A stretch of 61,970 nucleotides of DNA, counting the filler, from Dugesia japonica (Eukaryota), in assembly GCA_001938525.1 (NCBI GenBank). It is 4 parts of 4 records of this genome, joined end to end, with 100 filler letters (N's around TTAATTAATTAA, not from the genome) between each part and the next. Parts side by side here need not be neighbours in the genome. Positions count along the whole stretch, not along the records: positions 1 to 29,254 come from MQRL01500362.1; positions 29,355 to 42,709 come from MQRL01626278.1; 2 more parts are not named here. One strand, written 5' to 3'. Under the pieces are notes generated by a model. The model was not told where the DNA came from and made no database searches. It was given only the letters and a program-made list of their open reading frames with translations. This document shows, one piece after another, positions 24,924-36,136 of this stretch (its first letter is position 1; every line of letters starts with the position of its first letter). Position numbers and translations under genes: made by a program.

Positions 24924-25659
24924 AAAGATCAGTTGTCATTTCATTTGTTAATTGATTTAAATAAAAATATGTATAGGGTTCTTTCCAATGAAAATTTACT
25001 TCATAATCATATTCATCTTTATCAGTAAATACATTAGAAAATAAATCACTATAAACACTGTCACTATCTTTTTTATTTAATCGAAAAAATATAAAACAAT
25101 TTGCATTATTTCTTATTGAATTTTTATCAAGGTGAAAATATGTTTGTGAAATGTAAATTACATTACAATTTGAATGTCTACCTCGAGTGAAATAACTTTT
25201 TCGAGTTTCTTGTTTTTTATTTACAACATCATCAAAAATTACAAGATTCTTTTTTAATTTTTCACAGCGGATAATCTCTAATGGATCACTACTTAGGGTT
25301 ATTCCAATTACCTGCGGTCTTTTTGTTACAAATTTCTTTTGAATGAAAAAATCTATAACTTCTATTGGGGTCGCACAGGAATCTGGAACAATCGCTTGCT
25401 TCTCAAATATAAATATTATTTCTTGTTTTGTTAATCCATTTAAAAATCCATGATTTAATAACTGTACTTCAAATTGATTAATTGTAGTTGAATAAATTAT
25501 GAGAATATCATAATCAAGAAAACCGAGCGTAAGTAACATTTGAGTCAAGAGAACATTTTTTCAACAACCAGAAGATCCAATTATTAATAATCTAAAGTTG
25601 CTGGGGAAAAGTTTAATTTTAAAAGTTACCTTGTCTCTTTTCCAAACTAAATTACTCAT
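24913..25659 (-). pseudogene. A32-like genome packaging ATPase with a nonsense codon in Walker A
   Basis: RLLIIGSSGC*K (GGA>TGA), LVIFDD, and RGRHSNCNVIYISQ..IRNN. Confidence 0.92.
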
Positions 25660-25665
25660 CCTTTT

Positions 25666-26469
25666 TCATAAAGAAGTTTTTTGTAACTCCTTCTCATAAA
25701 ATCTTACAAGAATTTTTCTCCGTTTGAATCACTAATTTCATAAGTTGGTGGAATTGTTAAATAAATTTTTCTAATAAAATAAGTTTCTACAGACCATTTA
25801 AATCTATATTTTTTTTCAAATGTATTTTTTTTAATTATAAATACTCTAACTTTATCTCCTATTTTAAATTTATGTTTAAAATTTTTAGATCACTTTTCTT
25901 TGGGTTCCTCATTGAAAACTTTACCACTAATGTATGCTTCTGTCGGAGTTGTCTTTATTGAAGAATGAATTGTATTATTATAGTTGTCTACTATTTCTTG
26001 TGTGAGCTCTTGTGTGATTTCTTGATTCCCTTCATCAGTAAAAGGTTTAAATAGTTTGTTTTTAAATGTTTGGTTAAATCTTTCAATGACAACTGGCTTT
26101 CTATGATTATAAGTAGAGTACATGTTGATACTATTTTTTCTACACAAATCAGAAAATGTTTTGTTGTAAAATTCCTTTACTTGATCAATCCAAAGATTAT
26201 TTGGAACTTGACCACTATTTTCTAGAATACTTTGAAATGCTTCGGTAATCACTGGACCGGTTTTATTATCACTTGTATATAGATCTTGTATAAAGATCGA
26301 TCACAGTTAACATTACTTGTTTATTATGAAATGTTAAATCTGCAGACCAAGTTTCATCTTTTTCACTTACAGTTACTTTTAATAATTGTTTTGGTTTTCT
26401 ATAATTACGATGAAGCTCGTCTGCTAGTCCTCCTCCTATAGATTGACCAATTAAGAATTTTTCCTTCAT
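25666..26469 (-). pseudogene. Retroviral-like DDE integrase (C-terminal part of a probable PLA2-integrase fusion)
   Basis: LADELHR, WSADL, LTVID, LWIDQ.KEFYN, IERFNQT, YNNTIHSSIK.TP, FKIGDKVR and FYEKELQK motifs. Confidence 0.92.
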
Positions 26470-26888
26470 TGCAATTTTTACAAGACTTCCTTAAAATTTT
26501 TCTTCTGGTGTTGGATCTTCAATATTATTAATATCTTCTATTAAATGTACATCAGCTACGTGTTGATCTCTCATGTCTTCTGAATTATAAGCAATGTCAT
26601 GTTTCAACGCAGCTGCATCAATTCTATTAATTGGTTCTTCTCCTGGTAATGGATTATTATTTTCATCAAGTCTTAAATCTAATCTAGTTCCGGGACCAGT
26701 GTAATTGTGATGAAATAAATGTCTTTCATCGGGGTATTTGTCCCAATTAAATGGTTTTAAAATATTACTAACAAAACTTGATGATTGAAGATCGCCGCCA
26801 CCTTTACAAAGTTTCATATGCCTAGCTTTATTTTTTTTAACATGGTTCTATGACATTTTTCATATGTAAATTTAAACGATTTAGTCAT
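26470..26888 (-). pseudogene. Parvovirus-type phospholipase A2 domain (PLA2X) preceded by a C2HC-like zinc finger
   Basis: HNYTGPGT (Ca2+ loop), PINRIDAAALKHDIAY (His-Asp) and AD. Upstream (Y)EKC-x9-H-x3-C is read across one frameshift. Confidence 0.88.
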
Positions 26889-26892
26889 TTTT

Positions 26893-28143
26893 TTAACGAC
26901 TAAATTCAACACCTTTAACATTTTCAATCATTGCAATTTTATTATTAGCTAATTTCATTTCAATGTGTTTTTCTTCAAGAATACACCAGTAAAGACTTCA
27001 TGTAAAATCTGGATCCTTTGATCAACATTTATTTATATTTAATCTAACATCTTGAGCTGAAAGATCAAAACAGAAAATTGGATATTCGTCACCAAATTCT
27101 TGAAGAGATAATTGAGGTTCTATGAAAAAGTCTTGACAACATTTTAAATAATTTAAATAGAGAGAAATCATTTCATTATTTTCCACATTAAATTTACATT
27201 CATTAATTGGATAGTAATTATTGTTTAATGGAATTTGCATGCTTTTTAAATAATAATTTTCAATTTTATCTCCGACTGCTGGCGCTACTGCTTTTGTGGT
27301 TTTTGTTTTCTTTTTAATAAATAAATTATTATTATTTGCAAAAGAAATAGTTTCATTTTTCATAGCAATAAAAATATATCTTGGTTTGTATGCTAGCATA
27401 CTTAATTTTATAAAAGTATAATTTCCAGTATTTAATATTGCCTTTCCTGTAATTCCATTTAAAAATGCAACTTTAATTGGTTTATCAGTTGAGATTCTTT
27501 CTAAAAGCATTAATTCCATTTTAGGTGCTAATATAAATTCTGGAATGTGTCATTCAAGAGTCATTAATTTTAAATTTAGAGAGCCTTCTCCTTTAAATAA
27601 AAGTTTATTATTAATTTGTCTATAACAATTAAATTCAATCATTGTATTGTAAAATACGCGGGTAAAATTTTGAATGAATCCAAATAAATTTTTCAATGGA
27701 AAATAACCTTCAAATTTTTAAGAAGCATAAAATTTCTTTCTTCTATCTTCTTCAAGAATACATCCTGATAATTCTCCATATATTTCTCTATGTATATAAT
27801 TTGTTGTAACAAAATTTAACATTGTTGATATAGTGCCAGGGTCGCTAATAGTTTCTTCATCTGATGCTCCAAGTTTTAATCTCATAAATTTAAATAATGA
27901 TGGGAAAAAATTATTTTCTAGTATTGCAGTTTTTCCTTCGGTATATTCTAATTCTATTCTAAAGTATAACATTGCATTACAAATATCTAACGAATTTGTT
28001 GATTGTAAAGATTGAAAAGTTATCTCCCCATATTTTATTAAATTTGAAATTGTACTAGATGATGGTGAAATTTTTAAAATGTCATTTTTTAACATTTCAT
28101 GAGTAAAAATAATATTATTATCGAGATTTATTTTTCCTTCCAT
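26893..28143 (-). pseudogene. Major capsid protein (hexon-like double jelly roll), disrupted
   Basis: ORFs 27718-28143 and 27022-27519 with LENNFFPSLF, KPRYIFIAM, YYP and YPIFCFDLS; about 415 codons in total. Confidence 0.82.
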
Positions 28144-28180
28144 TTTCTATAGTAATTTTTTTAACTGTTATAAAAATTCA

Positions 28181-28705
28181 TTATATCACTCGGTCTTTTT
28201 CTTTTATATTTTCCATTACCGTTGCCCTTACTATTACATTTACCATCACTTTTACAGTTGGCCCTACGATTATCATTACTTTTGTCCCTATCGTTACCAT
28301 TACTTTTTCCACGGAATTTTTTTCAAGTTTATCTTCTAAAGAAATAAATCTTCCATTTAAATCTCTTTCCATTAATGTTTTTGTTGTTCTTTTATTAAAT
28401 GGAATGTTAAATTTAATTATATATGTTTTTATTGTTTCTTCATTAAATGGATGAAGCTTACAAAAATATTTTATTGAATTTTTTTTAAAATTAAAATTTT
28501 TCATCATTTTGTGTAAAACAGTCTCCTTTTTTATAAATATTTTTTTAGCTGTTGCTCTAATTTTTCCTGAGCATGTTGTTGGGACTTTCACACGTTAAAA
28601 TTTATCAATAATCTTTTCTTTACCTTCTAAATTATTATAAAAATTTATAATCTCTTTTTGTGAAAGTCGCTTTCTACCTTCTTTTAATTTAAATGCAAAA
28701 CTCAT
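28181..28705 (-). pseudogene. Hypothetical basic Polinton protein, one internal stop
   Basis: ATG at 28705 is in frame with ORF 28181-28591 across one TAA; the 3' part has a degenerate 24-bp repeat. Confidence 0.45.
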
Positions 28706-28731
28706 ATCTTTATAATTAATTATTAATGGTT

Positions 28732-29254
28732 AGTAGGTAGATAGTAGCGCACTGTATCACCCCTCCCTCCGTTGACCTAAACGGATTATTACATAAGTGA
28801 TCCAGTATTTTTCTAATGTAAATAGGCGGTGGCACACATTTGTGTGAGTTACATAATGTAATTCGCGAGAATTAATACATAAGTGATCCAGTGTTTTTTA
28901 TGTGAATTTAGGCGAGAACAAAATTTATGTGTGCCAGATTAATTTCGTCGCGAGATTATTACATAAGTGATCCAGTATTTTTTATTTTTACTGTGTATTT
29001 AGTTGGGTAAAGTTTTTTATAGGATTTTTTTATGAAAATTCGGGTAAACAACTCAATTTGTTTAAATAATATGAAAATTTAAAAATTTTTTAAATCAAAT
29101 TTTTATTTTTATGGGAATCCGGGAGAACCTCTAAAATTTCGAAAATTTTTGAAAATTTTTTTTATCGAGATTTTTACTTGAATCGTTGGAGAATTCGATG
29201 GAGATTATTTTTCACAAATAAAAATTTTTCGAAAAAATTATTTCTCATCTTTAC
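28732..29254 (+). mobile_element. Polinton terminus/TIR pointing right, with three TACATAAGTGATCCAGT repeats
   Basis: AGTAGGTAGATAGTAGCGCACTG start, C-tract, repeats at about 28790, 28876 and 28960, and AAATTTTT repeats. Truncated by the contig end. Confidence 0.75.
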
Positions 29255-29354
29255 NNNNNNNNNNNNNNNNNNNNNNNNNNNNNNNNNNNNNNNNNNNNTT
29301 AATTAATTAANNNNNNNNNNNNNNNNNNNNNNNNNNNNNNNNNNNNNNNNNNNN
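29255..29354. other. Artificial contig linker
   Basis: 44 N + TTAATTAATTAA (stops in six frames) + 44 N. Confidence 0.97.
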
Positions 29355-29400
<46 letters not shown>

Positions 29401-30718
29401 TATTATTATTATTATTATTATTATTTTTTTTTATATTAATATTATGATTATTATATTATTAATATTATTATTAAAATTATTATAAGTTCATATCTAAATT
29501 TTTTTATTTAATTAACTTTGCCCTAACTTCCTCTTTAAAATTTTCCAATTTTCTTTTCAATAAATCTGTTTTAAATTGACAGTAAAATGAGTGTTGAAAG
29601 GAAATATTTTATTAACAAACGTCTCGGGTAATTGAAAATCATTTTGACTATATTTCTATGTATTATATAAAATTTAAATATTGTAACTTTAAAATAAGAA
29701 AGGATTTGTTTTGATAAAATAAATAATGATAAATTTGTGTATAATTTCTCAAGATTTACTTTTCTTTCTTTCTGTATTTCTTTTATATAATTTTATTGAA
29801 GAACATTGAAATATTTGTCAAAGTTTCCGATAGGATTGAAGGGAAAATAATTTTCAATGGTGTTACTTCATAAATGAACGCACTCTTCAAATTGTGTTGA
29901 CTGTTAAATTCCGTAATTATAAATTATTAGACTTCGTTGGGAAGATGCTAAGAACGCAGGGATTTTGTAAGTCTCTGAATTTTGACCACCAGGATAAGAT
30001 TCATCAATTTTAGGTTGTTTTGGTGTAATGTTTTAGATAAATCTTTNATGTTTTTTGAACTTCTGTGATATTCAATAATTTAAAGACATTAGACATAACT
30101 TGCAAAATAATTCATTGTTTGAGTTGACAATGGAATCGTTTGGATAAATGCTAGCAAATAAAAACATGAGATTGCTTAACTCTAACCATATTTATCAAAA
30201 ATTTAATAATTTTTATTTTGTTTGCCAAAAATTTGTGAAATTAATATACTACATTAGATAAATATAACAAAATTAAAATAATAATCAAGTCATAAAAAAT
30301 CTATTTACAAATGCATAAAAAGGTTATAAAATTTCAGACTACATTTTAAAATAGTCTAAATAAAAAGTTAGTAAAAAAGTAATTTTCTCCTCTAAGATTT
30401 ATCAATGATAATTAATTAGAGGATATATTAAAAACAATTGAGTATTTAATTAAAAAGTTGATTTTTTTATCGTGTAACGTAGATTAATTTGATAATTTTT
30501 TGAAATTTGGATTGGTCAAAACTATTTTTGACCTTTTGAAAACTTTTTGACAATTTGGACTTCATAAATTTTAAAATAGAAACCTTTTAAGTAGTCAAAG
30601 GTGTTTTTACATATTATTAATAAGTTTTGAGTGATTTAAGATGCAATTGACTTTATTGACAAAAATTTCCCTATTATTAATATAATAATTTTACTACATA
30701 ATTTAACAATATTCTATT

Positions 30719-30787
<69 letters not shown>

Positions 30788-30837
30788 NNNNNNNNNNNNN
30801 NNNNNNNNNNNNNNNNNNNNNNNNNNNNNNNNNNNNN

Positions 30838-30905
<68 letters not shown>

Positions 30906-33900
30906 TCTACTGATATATTTTTAATACATTTATCCATTTTACTATTTATTAAAATAATTTATAATTTTACTAATATTTACTTTATATCTATTCTATCAAA
31001 TATTTAAAACTTTAATTCTACAATTATGTATTTCGCCTAATTATTTATTTCGTATTAATTTCATTCATTTTATATATGAAATACTTTTATTAACATAAAT
31101 ATATTTATGAAAAATAATAATTTTTACCAAACTATTTTTTGATAGTTCAGCTTTTTAAATTACTTTTTCTAATTTAATTTTTTATTTTTACTAGTTTTTG
31201 CTTTAATACTCTCTTTTCATTGTTTTTTCTCATTTCTATTCATTTAATTAATTTATTTGGATAATATTTCATTTTCGCCCTAATTTATTAAACTCTTTTA
31301 GGAATAAGCATTTTATTTATTTTTGTTCACTCTTTTGTCTGTTCCATCCAAACAGTTTTTTTAAAAGCACTATTATTAAAAAAAGTGAACTTACCAAAAA
31401 CAGCACAATTAAATAGTTATTTGCAAATTTATAAACGGAAAAGATACGTTGATACTAAAATCAGTTTAGATGAACTTCACCATTTATTCCGAAATAAGAA
31501 AAGGATCCGTTTGTTTTTAACTATAAAACAATTTACCATGACGAATTAGACGATGAAGGCATAAATGTATTGATCGACTGACTTAATCGGCTCCAAGGGA
31601 TTTTTGGGGGTTAACAATACATCAAGATCAAGATTATTAATACTTGATAAAAAATTCAACAACAAAAAGTCATTAATTTCACCTAATTTAAACAAAAGAT
31701 TAAATCTCCGTTCGATTACGTAACCATGATATCATAAGCATGTATTATTACGTATTAAAATGTCTAAATTTACACACCTCTTTGTGTGAATTATGTTGAT
31801 AGGTTAGTTTGGAAAACTCCTCAAATTATTAACATCAGAATTCAACTCCATACATTTATTAAAATAAAACTATAACATCATTATTTGTTTAAACAAACAA
31901 ATTTTAAAATTCATATTTAAAAACGTAAAATACTAAATATTTAATTTTATATTTTATTATATTTAAATTATATTTTGATTTCAAAAAATACACTAAAATA
32001 AATATATTTTATTCTATTTAAGATATTTTTTGATTTTAGAAAATACATTAAAATAAACATCTTTTATATATTTAATTTTATATTTAAAAACTCATTAAAT
32101 TTTAGTAATTTATTTTATAAATAATTTTCTTGATACAATTTTAAATATACTTTTGATTTTAANAAATTCTGTTCTCAAAAATAAAAAATTTAAATCTGTT
32201 TTTTAAAAAATTATCTTATATATGTAATCTACGAAACTCAATCTGATTGGTCACTGGCTGATGGGTAAGGTAGTCCAGTGCTGAACTATTTATCTTCTCT
32301 ACATATCTATCATTTAAAACCAATTTATTTTCAATCAACATTTATTTTAACAAAATTTTTTATCTGTTCAATTAATCTTGAGCTAGCAGTGTTTTCATAC
32401 TATAATACCTTTAAAGAATTGATTTATAAGTACATAAATAGCAATTCAATTTCAAACTTTACATGAATATAAAAATTTATTTATACAGATAGAAAAGATT
32501 AATTGAAAATCTTTATCACTATTCAATCATTATAAGTAACTAATCGAATTTACACACTTAATTTACTAGATAATTTACTACCACATAATATGCAAAAATT
32601 ACTAAACTAATTACACAAATCAATTAATAAAATATTACGGTTAATAATCAAAGTCTTAAGATATCAATTACCAATTATACAATTGAATCTAGCTTAAATT
32701 CAATATTTGATAATGGAAATTGTAAGGGATAATTTATGTATGAGAAATTTTTTATTTAAATTGTTAATTTTTTTAATGTTTATCTGTCTTTTAAAAAAGT
32801 GGTTTTAATTATCAGAATTGGTCGGGATCGGAAAATTTTAAGATATTTTTTTATTGTAAAGTAATTATTTCGAACTATTTTCTAATTGCGAATTTCTCTA
32901 GTTATTTATAATTATAATTTCTAGTATTAGTGTAAATCTCTAAATAAATACATTTTATTGATGTTTTTCAGCCTTTACATTCTATCAGAAATAATAATTA
33001 TAATTAAATATGGTTGAAGAAAATATGAAAATAAAGTTTGATATTTCAAACAGTAATCATATCCGAAGATGTCACATCGCAATAAAAATTTAAAAAACTG
33101 AAATATTTACAATATTTAAGGAAAACCATTTTTCACTTAACTCTTTTTTTTCACTTTTTCACTTAACATTTCCTCACAATTATAATAACAATAAAAAATA
33201 ATAATNNNNNNNNNNNNNNNNNNNNNNNNNNNNNNNNNNNNNNNNNNNNNNNTATCTTTTTGATATATTCAATTAAAAAGATATTTTATCAGTCGATTTG
33301 TATTTATTTTTTACCTGTGATATGATGATAATTAATGAGAAAATGTTTATATCAATTATATCATCATCATATTTATTATTGATATGATTCGCTCTGTTTG
33401 ATATCTTTGATAATTATTATTCTTAGCGATTTTCTAGTGATCATCAATATTTTTCTTTTTGAAATTATCAATAGTTTATCATTTATTTTTCTTTACTGAA
33501 AGTATATATGAAATGAAACAATTTTCTGTGAAAGTATTTTTGCAAACAAATTAAATTGTAACTTAAATTAAATTGAATAAAAAAAATGTTTTTTAATACA
33601 AATTATTCCAAAAATAAATTCCAGGAATCAAATACAACGAATGTCCTTAAAAATTGAAAACAATTAAAANAACTCATATAAAAATTTTGGAAATATTATT
33701 AAATTAAAATAAATGAAAATAAATAAATTAAATGATATTTGAATTATTTTACTTGTTCAACTTCACAAGAAAGAAAGAATTAATTTTCTCAAATTTTTTA
33801 TATGGAAATTACTTGTAAATGACGTGGCTTAATTGATTGTTAATGGAATTTTCAACGTAAGTTGTTTTATGAATATTTCTCAAAACTTTTTACTACTGTG

Positions 33901-34399
33901 ACAGAAAACGTTGCATATAAATTAATATTGTTTAAAATAAATTTGTTAAAATTTGTTTTAAAAGTAAATATTAAGTTCGTTCTAAAAATATTTTTTTTAT
34001 ACGTAAAAAGATCAAAATAAAAAAACAACGTGGTTGCAACTTAATTTTTGTTCATTTAAAATTTGATGATAATACTATTTCTTGTAATTTTTGAAATGTG
34101 AAACACTCATTACTAAAATATTCGAATGAATCTTTAAGCAAAGTAACAGTGATTTTAATATTTCCAAAAATCCCTAAAAATAACCAATTAAAATTTGTAA
34201 ATTTTACAAGAGTAATGGTTTTGTAATTTTAAATGATTGATAGTAAAGTAAATGTTTTGAGAGGAACGCAGTTTTTTTAAAATTAATAAATTTTGTAACA
34301 ATGGTAAATTGCCACCTATCAAAGACGAAGAATGTTAGAATGGTTTATTTAAAAGAATTAATCAATTATAGACTTCTTGATCCTGAATTATATAAGGTT

Positions 34400-35300
34400 C
34401 TTAAGGTGGTTGGTTAACAACCAACTAAATAAGGAAAAGGTTGATTTGTTTATTGGAAATAAACCACTATTTTATAAACGCTATGTGGATTATATATTTC
34501 AGGTTTTTAATAACCAAGTAAATATTGATTCATTCCTAAAGTATATGAATTTGCTGCATAGCAACCTTATATTCACTACAAAAATGGAATGTAAATCTAA
34601 ACTTTCTTTCATTGACATAATAATAGAAAGAAAATACAAACATTATGAAACAGAGATTTATCATAAACTAACGGATACAGGTTTGTATACATCTTCTGGT
34701 AGTTTTTATGAATCTCATTACAAGTATAACATGGTTAAAGACAGTTGTATAGATAGTGGACTCTTTACTCTTCATATTTGAAGTCTTGTGCTAATATTCA
34801 AAGTTTAACTTCTTTACTAAATAAAAATGGTTATTGTAAATAAATTATAGAAAAATTAAATAGTGAAACAATTTATAAGATCATTTATAAAAATAATAAA
34901 GAAATAAAAGATGTCAATTATAATGGTAATAATGATTTAAATTGTGAAAGTATTATCAAAGATCCAGATAAGATTTATAAGTTTAGTTCCGTATTAACTA
35001 TTTCGTAATCGGAAAGATGTAAACAATTTGATAGTGGGTTGTTAAATATAGAAATGACTCTGCAATTTTAAAATAATAAATATGTTTAGTAATAGGTCTA
35101 AAACACCGATTCAATTGTGTTCTGATCTTGTTTATAAATTTGAATGTAATAGGTGTAATGTCACATACATTGTAGAGACGCCCTGTCATCTCTGTGCAAG
35201 AATTCAGGAGCATCGTTGAGTTGGTAGTGAAAGTATTATTGCTGAACTTGATATTAATTGAAAATCAGTTATCAGTATATTGAAGAGATTGCATAAGTGA
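34400..35300 (+). mobile_element. Penelope-like retroelement remnant (RT C-terminus and GIY-YIG endonuclease)
   Basis: YKRYVDYIF..FL..MN.LH.NL.FT...KLSFID...IYHK.TDTG; LVYKFECNRCNVTYIVET..HL..RIQEH at 35116-35216. Confidence 0.88.
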
Positions 35301-36136
35301 TTATATAACCAGAACTTTTAATATATAAGAATTATTTTTAAAAATTTATTAAATATTGTTTTAAAAAGTATTAAATATTGAACTTAAAGATAACAGATAT
35401 TCTGTCAAAATATGTAGTGCATAAATATATCTTGAAATGGCATTTTAGAGTTTTTAACAAAAATAATAATAATAATAACATTTATAAAAATAACTGTGAG
35501 GCATACATACCTCGGGTAAATAACAATCTTCTTTTAGCATAATTATTTGTTTAAAAAAATTACAAGGTTTCTAAATAAATTTTACAATAATAAATTTACA
35601 CTACAATAACTTATAATTTACAAATAATTAATAATAAAAATTACACTTTAAAATTTATTAAAGAACCAATATTACCTTGTCAAAATTCCAAAATAAATAC
35701 CTTCAGATAAAATTTAGACTCAGATTTATTTTTCAAATATAACCCACTTAAAAACAACAGATTGTAATATTTAAACAAAATCTAAAAATTCTTATTTATA
35801 ATTAATCCTCACAATAATAATAATAATAATAATAATAANNNNNNNNNNNNNNNNNNNNNNNNNNNNNNNNNNNNNNNNNNNNNNNNNNNNNNNNNNNNNN
35901 NNNNNNNNNNNNNNNNNNNNNNNNNNNNNNNNNNNNNNNNNNNNNNNNNNNNNNNNNNNNNNNNNNNNNNNNNNNNNNNNNNNNNNNNNNNNNNNNNNNN
36001 NNNNNNNNTAATAATAATAATAATAATAAGAAGAAGAAGAAGATGATGAAGAAGAAGACAAAGAATGATAACAACAGTATTTTATTATAGTAACATTAAC
36101 AACTAATTTATTAATAAGGGTGCCATACATGGTAAT

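Larger units (their letters stand above)
18022..28705. mobile_element. Polinton/adintovirus-like element B, near-complete gene set, pseudogenised
   Basis: pPolB on + converges with a minus-strand block of MCP, PLA2-integrase, ATPase, penton, protease and small ORFs. Confidence 0.93.

Noticed and set aside
2271-28732. Termini at 2271 and 28732 as the TIR pair of one 26-kb Polinton
   Set aside because: They face outward rather than inward, differ beyond about 23 bp and share no TSD. The enclosed DNA holds two different Polinton gene sets.
29255-29354. Recurrent palindrome TTAATTAATTAA as a biological site (also at 42754 and 52831)
   Set aside because: Always centred in exactly 44+44 N, so it is a synthetic six-frame-stop joiner. 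Adjacency across it is meaningless.
29800-32330. Scattered GC-richer patches as host exons, an RT fragment or a snoRNA
   Set aside because: No consistent reading frame, splice-site pair or box motifs could be established by eye.
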